Source: Camelus ferus (lineage: Eukaryota). From it: a stretch of DNA of 64,000 nucleotides. The position numbers were made by a program, and so were the translations under genes. The stretch spans positions 26,474,001 through 26,538,000 of the forward strand of contig NC_045717.1 in the NCBI RefSeq assembly GCF_009834535.1, given 5' to 3'. The notes beneath the pieces are model-generated. The model was not told where the DNA came from. It saw only the letters and a program-made list of their open reading frames with translations, and did not search any database. This document shows positions 1 through 12,289 of this stretch, in pieces (the stretch's first letter is position 1; each line of letters starts with the position of its first letter).

Positions 1-789
1 CCCTGGCAGGACCAAACAGGGCCCAGGGTCAGGATCATCCAGGACAGCTGTGGCCAGGTCTGGGAACACAATGTGTGTGGACTCTCGGAGGGTGGCTGAG
101 AGCTGGACTCAGGGATGCTCTGGGGCCCAGGGCCAGAAAGCCCACCCTCTTCCTGACAGCAGGAAGCTTTCTAGAACCAAATTAGATCATATACAAAAGC
201 CTGCGAGTATGCCCCCGTGGCCCTTCCACACACCCACTCCCTCACCCTGGTCCGGCCCCCCTGGCCTCTGTCAGTCTGAGATCCCGTACCAAGCTCATCC
301 TAATCTCAGGGCCTTTGCACATGTCATTCCCGCTGCCCAAAGTGCTCTCCACCCCCTAGTCTTCACCCAGAAGCTCCTTCTTATCTTCCAGGACCCAGGT
401 AGGGGCCACCCACACCCTGTGAGTCCCTCTGTGGTACACCCACCACCTGAAATCACGCCATTTCTTTGCTAGTTTGCAGGTTTCTGTCCCACAGGACTGG
501 ATGTGTGTTTCCTTGCTGTGTCCCCTGTACGCGCTGACCCGCTGGGGAGCCTTGGGCAAGTTCAGACCCCCCTCCACAGGCTGCCCCAGACCCCGCCTGC
601 TGGGTGGGCATCCTCAGGGTCCTGAGTAGGTGCTGCTCCTCCAGGTGCACTTCCCCCCCGGGTGCCCTCAGCCCAACGCCGCCTTGACCTCTGCTAAGGG
701 ACCCGGATTGGCACTGGCTGCATGCAAACTCTGTGTGGGCATCAGAACCAGCTAGATGTCCACAGGAGTACTCCGTATCTCACCTGCGT

Positions 790-1530
790 GTGTCTTTTTA
801 TCAATGATGAGAGAAATAGCTCAATGTCATGTGGGTTCCTGGATGAGATCCCGGAACAGAAAAAAAAATTGGTTGGAAAAAAGAAAAGAAACTGGTGGTA
901 TCCAAATAACATTTGGAGTTTGGTCAATAGTAACAGTGATCACTAATACTGTTCATTGTAGTGGTAACAGACCGATGTCAATTCTTTTGATGTGACAAAT
1001 AGTCATTGTCTTCTGTGGCTGTTGTAAGAAATTACCACAAACTTGGTGGCTGAGGAAAACACACATTTATCATCTCACATTCTGGAGGTCAGAAGTCCTA
1101 AACCCAGGCGTGGGCGGGGCTACTCCTCCAGAGACCCCAGGGAGAAGCGGCTCCTGCCTTCTCCAGCTTCTAGAGGCCCCACATCCCTGGCTCGCGGCCC
1201 CCTCTCCATCCTCACCGCCAGCAGCGCGGCATCTCCCGTTTCTCTCTGACTCTGACCTCCCGCCTCCCTCTGATGAGGACCCTGTGATGGCATGGGATCC
1301 CCTGGGAATCCAGGGTCACCCCCATCCCAGGGGCCTTAAACCCACCTGCAAAGTCGCCTCTGCCCCATGAGGTGACACGTCCTCAGGTCCAGAGACCAGG
1401 ACATAGACATCCTAGGGGGCGAGGGGGCGGGGACATTATACGACTAATGACAAAGGGTAGGCAGAAAGTCTCTGTAATATCTTTGCAACTTTCTGTAAAT
1501 CTAAAATTATTCTAAAATAAAAATTATCTT
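790..1530 (+). mobile_element. Old L1M (L1MC/L1MD-like) 3' end fragment interrupted by an MLT1 LTR
   Basis: L1M 3'-end text on both sides of the LTR (GGATCC..GAACAGAAAA; TCTTTGCAACTTTCTGTAAATCTAAAATTATT). Confidence 0.6.
1005..1448 (-). mobile_element. MLT1-type ERVL-MaLR solo LTR
   Basis: Characteristic AAATTACCACAAACTTGGTGGCT..AACACACATTTATCATCTCACATTCTGGAGGTCAGAAGTCC and ACCTGCAAAGTC..TGAGGTGACA. Confidence 0.75.
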
Positions 1531-1550
1531 TCAAGAAAAAAAAGAATTAA

Positions 1551-1658
1551 GGACAGAAGGGTGTAGCTCAGTGGTAGAGCACATGATCAGCGTGCACAGG
1601 TTCCTTGGTTCAATCCCCAGGCCCTCCGTTGAAAAAAAAAAAAGGAAGAAAAAGAAAG
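1551..1658 (+). mobile_element. tRNA-derived SINE (camelid type)
   Basis: GTGTAGCTCAGTGGTAGAGC A-box, GGTTCAATCCC B-box, A-rich tail. Confidence 0.8.
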
Positions 1659-3198
1659 ATGACAAGACATTAAAATAAACCCTAAAAGGCAGTAACTCAA
1701 AGTCACCCCTAGCCGCTACCCCAAGGTCATCGTGGGTGACCGTAGGGGTTTATTCCTGTCAGCTTCCTGCCCGAGTTTATGGGAAGGTAGATTCTTTGTC
1801 TTTTATGTAAATGGCATCAGATCACGCGGAACTTTTCTGACTTTCTCACCTAACAGCGTTCCTTAGATTTCTTGCCATTTTTGAGCAACTGTCCCACACT
1901 CCTGGCCCCCAGGCCCTGTGAGGCCTCTGCCCCCTCCAGCCTGAAAGCCAACGTCCTCTTCAGTCCGCTATGGCTATACAGACCTCCTCGCTGGGCCTGG
2001 TTCTCACCCTGCTCGTCCAGCCACCTGGCCTTTGCACATGCTGTTCTATCTGCTGGGAACACCTTCTCCCTCACACCCTCTTGCGTCCAGTTCCCCCTCA
2101 TCGTCCAGGTCCTGCCCCCAACATCCCCACCTCAGGCAAGTCCCCCTGCTGCCCTGCCCCCAGAGGAGCTCAGGACACCCACTCAGATGTGGGTGAGACC
2201 TCCAAGTCTCTCTGCGTGTGACTCTGCTCCTCTACACCCCAGCGTCCCAGCCCGTAAGGCAGGGGTGAGGATTCCTCTCACGTGGGCAGCTGGGAGTCCC
2301 CCAAGACAGGGGCGACTCGGCAAGATGAAGCCCCCCGTCACCGAATCGGCAGCATAAGCCGCAGGCCCTGCTGGGGGTGAGGGGGGTGGAAAGGGTGCCG
2401 GTCCCTACGTGTGGGGACCTCTTGATTAGAAGTCACAGAAATCCAGAATTGCCAAAATGAAAAATAACGGGTGAGTGGCTTCAAACAACCAGGGACTCAA
2501 ACAACCAATTTTGAAATTTGGCCCTTTCCACTTTCTCCCTCCATTGGCATCTCCCTGGGGCAGAGAAGGCACTACCATCCCAGCTCCCACGGGTGACCCC
2601 CGCCGTGGAGGGCCCCCGATCCTACTCCATTCATGCTCCTGCCCAGGGGCAGCTGGGCAGCTCCAGAGACCCCAGGTTCTGGGTTGGGGTGGCCAGATCC
2701 CCTCCCACGCAGTCTATGCAGGAGGCTGGAGTGGCCTGTGGACCACATGGCCAGGCCCAAGGGATCAAGGGAGGCCACAGTGAGAAGGAGGCTGGGCACA
2801 GGGAGGCTCAAGGCTGTGAGACCACAGAGCGAGCAGAAGCCCGGATGACCCACATCAGCCAGGACCTGCCTCCACTTGGCCTGGCCTCAGGGATGGGGTC
2901 CAGGCGGGAACTCAGCATAGGGGGACACCGTCAACCACTGTGTCTGTGTCCAGGCACCTGGAGCCCCCAAACCTCACAGCTACCCCTCCGCCTGCACCAG
3001 GTGTTTTGAGCTGAGCTCTCGGCCTCCTCCTCTGGGAATCAGCTGAGTTCAGCTGAGTTACGTCCTGGGTGAAGGTGGGAGGCTGGGGACCTGAGGGGAA
3101 ACAAAGGCTGGGGACAGGGCATGGACTGGGACGGTGCACCACACCTTCACCCCGACCCCAGCTGGCCATCCCACAAGCACTAGGGGCCCCACACAGCG

Positions 3199-3545
3199 CA
3201 CAGTGCCTGCTGTGTGCACTCCCTGCAGAGTGCATTGCCTGCTGTAGGCACTCCCTGTAGAGCATGGTGCGGGCTGTATGCACTTCCCGCAGGACACAGT
3301 GCCTGCTGTATACCTGTCCTCGCAGAGTGCCATGACTTCTGTACACACTTTCTACAGGCTACACTGTTGTATGCACTCCGTGGGAGGGTCGGCATCTACT
3401 TTATGCATTCCTTGCAGGATGCAGTACCTGCTGTATACACTTTCTGCAGGGCAGTGACTGCTGTATGCATCCCTGCGGAGCGGCATGTCTGCTGGGTCTG
3501 CTCCACACAGGACAGATGTCGCTGTATGCACGCCCTGCATAGCCC
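3199..3545. repeat. Degenerate minisatellite, about 11 copies of a 30-32 bp unit (CAGTGCCTGCTGTATGCACTCCCTGCAGRR)
   Basis: CTGCTGTATGCAC / CCTGCAG recurs at about 31-bp spacing. Confidence 0.75.
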
Positions 3546-4439
3546 TGAGGGCTGGGGCTTGGGGAGTGAGGCACATCTGAGGCGGATGTGACTGTCCGCT
3601 TGGTGGAGCTCCTGGCCAAGCCTGATTTATTCCAGATGCCACTCAGGCCCTAGTCCAGAACTCAGCACACAGTAGGTGCTCCGCCGAGGCCGCCTGCCCA
3701 CACCGTCCCCACTGCCTGTCCTGCGTCCTCTCTCCAGCGCAGTCCCACCAGGCTTAACATTGTCAGGTCACTACCTCCATTGATTCTGATATTCGGGCCC
3801 TGGTCCATTCTCCAGCCTCATTTTCCCCACCCAGGCTGCCCTTTCTCCTCCCAGAAGCCCATCCTCCTGTGACTGACCTCCCGGGACCCCACGCCCACCC
3901 ATTCTGCTCCCCGCCCCGACCTCTGGTACTCAGGCCCCAATCTCTGTTCTGTCCACACTCACACCCTGTGGCCTCATCTACGATGCTAAACACCCCTGTG
4001 TGCAGAGGACACCCATGTGTCCATCTCCAGCCAGACATGGCCCCTGGGCTCCAAGCCTCTTCTTACCTCACCCTAGACCCATCCAGAAGTGACCTCGGGA
4101 CTTGTCCTCCCTCCACCAGGCCCCCACCTGCTCCCCTCAGTGAATGGGGCACCTCCCCTCCCAGGATGCTCAGGCCAAGCCCCTGCCTGCCTCCTCCCAA
4201 CTCCTACCCCCTGGGATCTGTCAGCAAGGCCTGCAGACTCCACTCCACTCCTCAACAGCTGGGAGCCACCCACTGCTCTCACCCCCACCCACATGATCTG
4301 CACTGCCCCTGCCACCAACACATCTCACTGCTTTCTGGGTCCCCACTCCTGCCCCCACAGCAGCCAGTGTCAGCTTTCCCAAAACTAGAGCACCCTCTCC
4401 CATCCCCCACCCCTCTCTGACCTCATCTCCATCCACCCC

Positions 4440-4730
4440 AACCTCCTGACTGTCTCTATTTTCTTATTCCAGCCTCAGGGCCTTTGCACATGCTGTTCCC
4501 TCTGCCTGGGCTGCCCTTCCCCCACCTCCTTGTGTCAATCACCTCCTCAGTGAGGGCCTTCCTGACCCCCTACCCTATCTGCAGTGGGTCTGGGCTTTTT
4601 CTTCAGAGCATCCTGGTCAGAAGGTAGGATTATACCCTCCCGGGGGCTGCCTCACTCACAAGCCTGATTGGCTGGGTTCACAGCTGTGGTACACAGTAAG
4701 TGCTCAGTAAGTGCTGAATGAATGAATGGC
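4440..4730 (-). mobile_element. L2 3'-end fragment
   Basis: CAGGGCCTTTGCACATGCTGTTCCCTCTGCCTGG and ACAGTAAGTGCTCAGTAAGTGCTGAATGAATGAATG. Confidence 0.7.
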
Positions 4731-5249
4731 ATTGGGTGGCCCTGCTCTGAGCTGCTCTAGGCTGGAGGCCAGACAAAAGGGGACAGGCAACACCCCCTCC
4801 CTGTGGTCAGGGACTGGAGACCTCAATGTAGGCTTCCCGGAGGAGGGGGCACTCAAGCTGAGTGCCGGCTGAGCCCAGGGAGCAGAAGGGCAGTCCACCC
4901 ATCACCCTCTTGATGCCTCCTTGTCCTCAACCTGCTCGCCAGGGAGCATCACGGGGCAACAGGGAGGAGCTGGGGGAGAGGGCGAGAAGAGGGCGGGCGC
5001 TGGCTGAGTCCCTGCGTGGGCGGGGGGAGGTGGCGCGCAGATGCAAAACCAGGAAAGGGGGGTAGTGGGGAGCCCTGAAGTAACCCCGTCCTTGCTGGTC
5101 CGCGCCAAGAGCTGAGATCCACCTGGAGGTGTCGTAGGGGTGGAGACCCCCGCTGGCCCCATTGCCTGGATGGGAAACCTGAGGTCGGGGAGGGTGAGGC
5201 CACAGTCACGTGGCACGAGGACCTTCTGGACCCGGGTCTAGTTCGAAGT

Positions 5250-6060
5250 CGCTGCCTGCAGCACGGGGCCCGGCGGAGAGAGCGGGAGGTTGGGTGGGGC
5301 GCGTCCTCTGGTGACAGCAGCGCCCGGGAATGCGCCGGGCTGGGAGGGGGCTCTCCACCCCTCACGCCTGGCCCCTGGGGCTGAGCTTCTCCCCAGAACT
5401 CTGGGGCCCTGAGCTGGGGGTGGTGGAAGCCCCAGGATCGGAACCCAGGCGCGTGGGTTCCTGAGTAACGTGACCTTGAGGGAGGGGTGGGGAGAGGGAA
5501 AGGGAGGGGTAGTGGCTGGGAAAGGGGACTTTCGTGGGGACGCGATCTGGGCGTCGGTGGAGAGAGGGCAGCGCCCGCCCGGAGCCAGAGCAGGGCGACC
5601 TCGGTTCGCGCACATTCCCTGGCCCTGACCGCGGCGCCCGGAATAGCAGCCCCGAGGTGGGGGTAAGGGCGGTGGGTCCCCACGTGGCTCCCCCGCCCTG
5701 GGCCTCCCAAGGGCACCGGGACAGGGACGCGCGGTCACCAGGCCGCAGTTCTGGGGGACCGGGGATCTTGCGGGGCAGTCCCCTGCCGCAGGTCGGCGTC
5801 CAGGCGCGGGACGGCCGCGCGGGGGCGCACGGGGCCGCCGTCCCTCCAGACCCCGACCCGGGCGCGCCCTGGGAGGCGGGGTGGGAAGGGCCGCCCCGGG
5901 CTCCCCCCGCCCCTCCTCGCCTGCCCCGCCGCTTCCGCTAGCCCAGGGGCGGCCCGGGGAGCCAGGACGCGTCGCCTGGGCTCTACGTATCCGGTAAGTC
6001 CCTCTTCCTATCCCCCCACTATGCCGGCCGGCGTCTCCTCCTGCTCCCTAGTCTGGGCGG
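5250..6060 (+). promoter_or_regulatory. ADAMTSL5: CpG-island promoter and non-coding first exon of ADAMTSL5 (donor CCG|GTAAGT after 5993; next exon acceptor at 6885)
   Basis: CpG-dense GC-rich tract. Consensus donor at 5993/5994. Polypyrimidine tract plus CAG ends at 6884, opening the ATG-containing exon 6885-7197. Confidence 0.7.
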
Positions 6061-7129
6061 TGGCGAGGAAGCAACTCCCAGGCTGGGAGAAAGTTCATCC
6101 CCATTTCCTCCTGGGGAAACTGAGGCCCAGAAGCGTGGCTTGTCCTGAGATCTCACTGACGTTCAGGAGTGAGGCCAAAACAGGGCGTGTGTTCTGCTAC
6201 TCGGGCAGGGGGCTCTGGAGCATGAGAAGGGTGGTCCACCTCACCTGGCATGTTTCATCACCTAGACCTTCACTCCACCAGTCAGTGCTCAGTGGGGAGC
6301 GGCTGTCAGATGTACAATCCCCCTCCCCTTATGTCCACCTTCCAGCCCAGACTGCTTTCTGTTTCCTGGGCCAGCCAAGGCTGGGGTTCAGAAGTGCAGC
6401 TGGCTGCCGGGCTGTGGTCAGAGAGGGGGACCTGCCCCGCGGTCCTCCAGGTTCTCAGTGCCTGGAGCCACCTTGGCCCCAGACCTTTGGTGCCCCAAGT
6501 TCTAATGCCAGAGCCAGGAGAGCCTGATAACCAGGGAAACGGGTTCTAGAAGGTCTCGTGGGACTTGACCTTTCCACATCCGGTGCCCAGGACCTCGAGG
6601 TCTGGAGGACTCCAGCGTGTCCTGTGTGTCCTTTGGGTTCTGCTGACCGCTGGGCTCCATGACCCTGGCCTGAGAGAGGACTCACGAGGCAGCTGCTTCC
6701 CTCCCCCTTTCGCCACCCATGCCGTGGTCACATGGGAATGACAACTGACTTCATTCCTCCCCTGACAGATGGGGAAACTGAGGCCCAGGGAGGCAAAGTC
6801 TCCCAGCCACCCCCCCACCGCACCCACACAGCCGTCTTCCTCTTCCCTGCCTCATTCTCACTGGTGGCCCTTTTCCCTCTGCAGGTTGCCCTGGGGCTCC
6901 GTCCCACACCCTCTGCAAGAGGCCATGAGGCACAGACTGGACCAGGGCCAGGTCACCCCTCCCTGCCCCTCCCCCAACCCCGGAGCTCCCTGCTGCTGTG
7001 AGTCTGGGAGCTGAGGGGGCCCTGGAGGCTGGGGGCCGCCGGGGGGCCTCTGCCAGACACCAGCTCCAGCTCCCACTGGCCACACCCTCTGCAAGTTCTC
7101 ATAGAATCCTGGACTGAGCCCAGCTGGTT

Positions 7130-7200
7130 CCCACTGCACAGATGGGGAAACTGAGGCCCGGGGAAGCAGAGCAGCTGGCCCCCGGCCACACAGGAAGGTA
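7130..7200 (+). mobile_element. MIR core, exonised (contains the ADAMTSL5 start codon)
   Basis: ACAGATGGGGAAACTGAGGCCC..GGCCACACAG matches the MIR core ACAGATGAGGAAACTGAGGCCCAGAGAG..GGTCACACAG. Confidence 0.75.
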
Positions 7201-10200
7201 GGAGCGATGATGGTGGGGAGAGTGGGGACAGCCCTGGGGCCCTGGAGACACTCATGCATTGTCCTGGGATGATTCCTTCCTCCTGAAGACAGTGAATAAG
7301 CACCTTCTGTGTGCATCATAAGACAATAAACCACCAATAGCAATAATTTCGAGCTCTCTCTCTCCATAGCAGGCTCTGCGACTCCCATTTTCCTCACCTA
7401 GCCTGACGGGCCTCTCAGACCTTTCCCGTGGGGGGCTCTATTATCACTTCATGTCTCAGAGATGAGAAGGGAGGCTCAGAGAGGTTGAGCTACTGTCCAA
7501 AATCACATAGCTAAGTCAGGGCAGAGCTGGGGTTGAACCCCTGGCCGGCTGGCACCCCCACTGCAGGGCCCCCTCTGCTCCCCCAGACGCCACCCCCTCC
7601 AGGGCCTCCTGCTCCTGCTGTGGACCCTTCTCAACTGTGGTTTGGGGGACAACGCTCAGGTAAAGGGGGACATGAATCCAAGGGGCAGTGGACATGGGGA
7701 ACTGGCTGGTGCTGTGGGGGTCACTAGCCTCCCTTCCGAGGCTAACTGTGCCTCTCTCTCCCCAAGTAGGGTTCAGGCGAGTGGACTCCGTGGGGTTCCT
7801 GGAGCCGCTGTTCCAGTTCTTGTGGGCAAGGGCTCTCCATGCGCAGCCGGAGATGCATTCGGTGCGGAGGGCTGGGTGGGACGGGAGGGGGTCCCTACCC
7901 CTCCTCTCCTGCCAGCCCAGCCCAGCCCCTGGCCGCACCCTCGGCCTGCCCACACATGCTACTCCTTTTAATCCAGCTGATTCAGCTGGAATGTGGGTAG
8001 GGTTGGGGGGGTGGATGGATGGGCAGGTTGGCTCTGGGGAAGGGGTTCCTGGAGGTCCTGACCAGGGTCTGGAAGCCCTGATCCTTGTAGGTTTCCCGGG
8101 GAAGAGCTATGCTGGGGGCACACTCACGAGTACCGCCTCTGCCAGTTGCCCGTAAGTTCTACCCGCCTCCAAGACTGAGTCTTCCCTGAAGCCCTCCTGC
8201 CTCCCTACCCCTGCTGCCAAGTATGCTTGCCACCATGCCAGACTTTTTGGGTATCCCCAGGGCCATCCCAGCCTCTGATCCATCCATCTCCATCCCCAGG
8301 ACTGTCCCCTAGGGGCTGTGCCCTTCCGAGACCTCCAGTGTGCCCTCTACAATGGCCACCCTGTCCTGGGCACCCAGAAGACCTACCTGTGGGTGCCCTT
8401 CTATGGAGGTGAGTAGCCTACCTTCCAGTTAGTTGAGAGCTGGCAAGGAAAAGTGGCTGCTAAGAAAGAAGGGGAACTTGGAGGGTTGCAAGAAGGGGGC
8501 ATTAGCACTGGGGCTTTGAAGGATATGTAGGAGTTGGTGAGGTGAAGCAGTGGGGAAAAGCACATGTGAGATGTGAAGCAGGGGCCCAGGGAGGCAGGGT
8601 CTATTATGCACAGGGTCGAACACCGGGGTGAGGATTTACTTGGAGCTGTATCCAGAAGCCAACAGTTTTCAAACTTACCCTAGCAGCAGGAAATGCTGCC
8701 ACACTGAGCTGAAAATAATGAGTTATATAACTTTGTGCCCGGGGCAGTGCACCTCCAGATTTAAGGGAGATAGGCAGTTTCAGACGCCATGGTGGGAGCA
8801 GACACAGATAAGAAAATCCTAGAATGAAGAAAGTTTCCATCATAGATTTTTTTTCGACCTCATGGATTTTTTTTTTTCCCTTCGCCTCAAGAATTGGAGG
8901 AAACTTGTCATGGTCCCACCCCCACAGAGGCCTGTCATGGCCAGCTCGGGTTCCAATCCAGGCAGGGTCTGCCAGCCAGCCTCAGGGATGTGGGAGCCAG
9001 AGAGAGCTTGAGCAGAAGGGAGCAGGGATCGGGGCTGGTGTTCTGTGGGTGTGATCTGACTGTCCACTGCAAGTTAGAGAGGGAAACTGAGTCCCAGGCA
9101 GGGCCAGCAACACACCCGGGCTATGCGGGACTCAGTCAGCACTGGACAAATACTTTTTACGGGGCACCTGCTGGGTGCAGGGCCCAAGTACTGAGTGAGT
9201 TCTGCCCACTGCTATACCCCAGAGCCTAGAACACTGTCTGGAAAATCCTAAGTTCTCAACAAGTGTTTGTGGAATAAGTGTTGTAGAATGAAAGAATGAG
9301 TGAAGGATGGGTGATGATGTTAATAATGGAAACATGTAAGGACCCCCTAATATTAGGACTTAACATGAATGAATGAATGAACAAATGAGTGCAGGCCTAG
9401 ATACTGGCCTGGGAGAGTCCCGCAGAACTGGAAGAAGAATGCCTAAGTTCCAGTCCTGGCTCTGCCTCAGCCTCTGTGTGTGGCTTTGTCTGTCTCTGGG
9501 CGTCATCTGCCCAAAGGGATTGTTGCCTGGGGGAGACTGGCAGGGAGGGGGCTGGAACTCAGATAGCAGTCCCCCGGCCCACCAGCTCCTCCCGCCCCCC
9601 AGCACCCAACCAGTGTGACCTCAACTGCCTGGCAGAGGGGCACGACTTCTATCACAGCTTTGGTCGAGTACTGGACGGTACCCCCTGCAGCCAGGGCTCC
9701 CCAGGGCTCTGCGTGGCTGGCCGCTGTCTGGTGAGGTCTCCAGGCCCAGCCCCGTCCCCGCCCACCTCCATCAGGGCCCCGCCTTTCCCTAGATTTCACC
9801 CTAGGCTCCTTCCTCCAGGCCTCTCCCCCAAGTCCCATTCATTTAGTTCCCGGTCGGGCCTTCTTCACTTGGCCCCACCCCTTAGCAACGCCCCGCCCTC
9901 CCGGCCTCCACCTATCATCACTAGACTCCACCCCCAGCCTCCTCCCACTGGGGCCCGCCCCCAGTCCCATCCTTTCAGTTCTCGGTCCCGCCCTCTTCCA
10001 TGAGCCCCCCTCACCCCTCCACCCTCGCGCTCACAGCGGCCCCGGGCTGGGGGGCGTTTGACCGCGCGCGTGTCCTCCCCACCCCTGTAGAGCGCCGGCT
10101 GTGACGGTTTGCTGGGCTCGGGCGCCCGCGAAGACCGCTGCGGCCGCTGCGGTGGCGCCAACGACTCATGCCTCTTCGTACAGCGCGTGTTCCGTGACGC

Positions 10201-12059
10201 CGGTGACCGCCCACCCCTTCCTCACTCTGTCCCTGAGAGGGCCCTTTAACGAAGTCCCGAGCTGAGCGGGCAGTCTGCGGCCCGCCCCCCCACTCGTCAT
10301 TGTAATTGGCCACTGCCAGATTGTCCCGCCCTTCGCAGAACAGATGGGGGCTTAACTCTTTCGCTGCCGCACTCAAGCGACAGTAAACGTAACTCCGATC
10401 CTTTAGGAAGCGTTTTCCGAGCACCAGGGCCTTGGCTAACCCCCGCACCGCAGCACTTCACTTAAGCCTTAAGTCATCCTTCAAATACACCCCACCCTGT
10501 TCCCAACACTTTTCTTCCCTCCCGCCCAGGTGCCTTCGCTGGGTACTGGAACGTGACCCTGATCCCTGAGGGCGCCAGGCACATACGCGCCGCCCACCGG
10601 AGCCGCAACCACCTGGGTACCGCAGGGTCCGGGGGGAGGCGCCCTGTTGGCCACCCGGATCCAACGGGGAGACTGAGGCCTAGGGAGGGGGACGCCAGGG
10701 TAGGGAGGCGGGCCAGGCCTGTTCCGGGAAGCTCGGGCTCACCCTTCCCTTGCAGCGCTGATGAGGGGCGACGGGCGCTACGTGCTCAACGGGAACTGGG
10801 CGGTCAGCCCGCCCGGGACCTACGAGGCGGCGGGCACCCGCGTGGTTTACACCCGCGCCACGGGGCGGGAGGAGACGCTGAGCGCCGCCGGGCCCACCTC
10901 CCAAGACCTGCTCCTGCAGGTACGGGCGGGCCTCTGATGGGGCAGCTGGACACGTTGCGGTGGTTATAGGATCTGGGAGGAGGCAGGGGTCAGAGTGTCA
11001 GAGGGAAGGCTGGGCCATCATACCTGACTGCAGCTCCCTAGTGTGTGACCCCCTCCCCAGGTCCTCCTGCAGGAGCCCAACCCCGGCATTGAGTTCGAGT
11101 TCTGGCTCCCCCAGGAGCTCTACAGCCCCTTCCAAGCACAGGCACAGGCCCTGGGCTGGCCCCTGTGGCAGCCACAGCCTCGGGAGGTGGAACCTCGGCC
11201 CCCTGAGCCTCCTGCAGCCCCCACCGTTATCCTCCATCAGACCCCGACCCCCACATCAGGTGAGGGGACAGCGTGGGTGGGAGCAAGCAGGGAGGTGAGG
11301 CCTGTGCCCCTGATGGCACTGCCTCCACAGACCCCTGCCCACCCTGTCCTGACACCCGAGGTCGTGCCCACCGGCTGCTCCACTATTGTGGCAGCGACTT
11401 CGGTAAGACACCCCTGACCCCAGCCCTCACCTGACCCCTCACTGTCCCGAACTTGATCCCTGTCCTGCCGACCTCTGACCCTGGTCTGATTTTACCCTTG
11501 ACTCCTTGACCTGACTCCAACTTGACTCCTTCTGACCTTAATTTGACTCCTTGATTTGACCCTTTGCCCTAATCTGACCCCTAACCCCTCATTGATCCCT
11601 GACCTGACCCTGACCCCAACCCCAGGCCTTGGCTACCACAGACCCCAAGGGTCCCCGATGCCCCTCCCGACCCCTAGTTCCCTTGCCTGGCAGTGGGTGT
11701 GTGGATGGGGCCCAGGGAAGAGCATCCAGCCGGCCTTAGCACCCGCCCTGCCCACAGTGTTCCGGGCCCGAGTGCGGGGCCGCCTCCGCCAGGCCCAGGA
11801 GACCCGCTATGAGGTGCGCGTGCAGCTCATCTACAAGAACCGCTCACCGCTGCGTGCTCTCGAGTACGTGTGGGCACCGAGCCGCTGCCCCTGCCCAGTG
11901 TTGGCCCTCCATCGCGAGTACCTGCTGGCTGCCCGGCGCCTCATCAGCCCCGATGGCACTCAGGACCGGCTGCTGCTGCCCCACGCCGGCTATGCCCGGC
12001 CCTGGAGCCCTGCCGAGGACAGCCGTGTCCGCCTGGCCGCCCAGCACTGCCCTGTCTGA
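7142..12059 (+). CDS. ADAMTSL5: ADAMTS-like protein 5 (TSP1 repeat, Cys-rich/spacer, C-terminal NTR domain), 12 coding exons, 484 aa
   Basis: Coding exons with GT-AG ends: 7142-7197, 7587-7659, 7770-7861, 8091-8151, 8300-8408, 9603-9730, 10091-10202, 10530-10616, 10756-10919, 11061-11259, 11331-11402, 11758-12059. Sum is 1455 nt, in frame. Peptides GEWTPWGSWSRCSSSCG, APNQCDLNCLAEGH, GYWNVTLIPEGARHI and HAGYARPWSPAEDSR match recalled human ADAMTSL5. Confidence 0.95.
11415..11635. repeat. Degenerate (TGACCY)n low-complexity repeat in the last ADAMTSL5 intron
   Basis: TGACCC/TGACCT/TGACTC/TGATCC recur about 18 times in 220 bp. Confidence 0.7.
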
Positions 12060-12289
12060 GCCCCTAGACCAGGCCTCAGCCACACACCACGAGGAGGACA
12101 TGCCTGGCTAGGCTCAAAGTCAACATACTTCCCCTCTTGGCATAGCTTCCAGGGAGCTTTGGAGTATCTCCCACTTGCAGCTCTGTGACTCCTCATTACA
12201 CCCGCTTCTACTCCTGCACTCAGATCCACTGTTGCAAGCAGGCAGGTACTGATGAGGACACACTGAATTGACTCTTTAACTCATTTCCT

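Noticed and set aside
1551-1658. tRNA-like sequences here and at 49893-50001 and 50811-50979
   Set aside because: They have A- and B-boxes but no complete cloverleaf, and they end in A-rich tails. They are tRNA-derived SINEs, not tRNA genes.
3199-3545. Regularly spaced 31-bp units resembling a CRISPR array
   Set aside because: No unique spacers, units are degenerate, no cas genes, and the context is mammalian.
4949-5716. 255-aa ORF in the ADAMTSL5 CpG island
   Set aside because: Typical CpG-island spurious ORF; no support as a coding exon.
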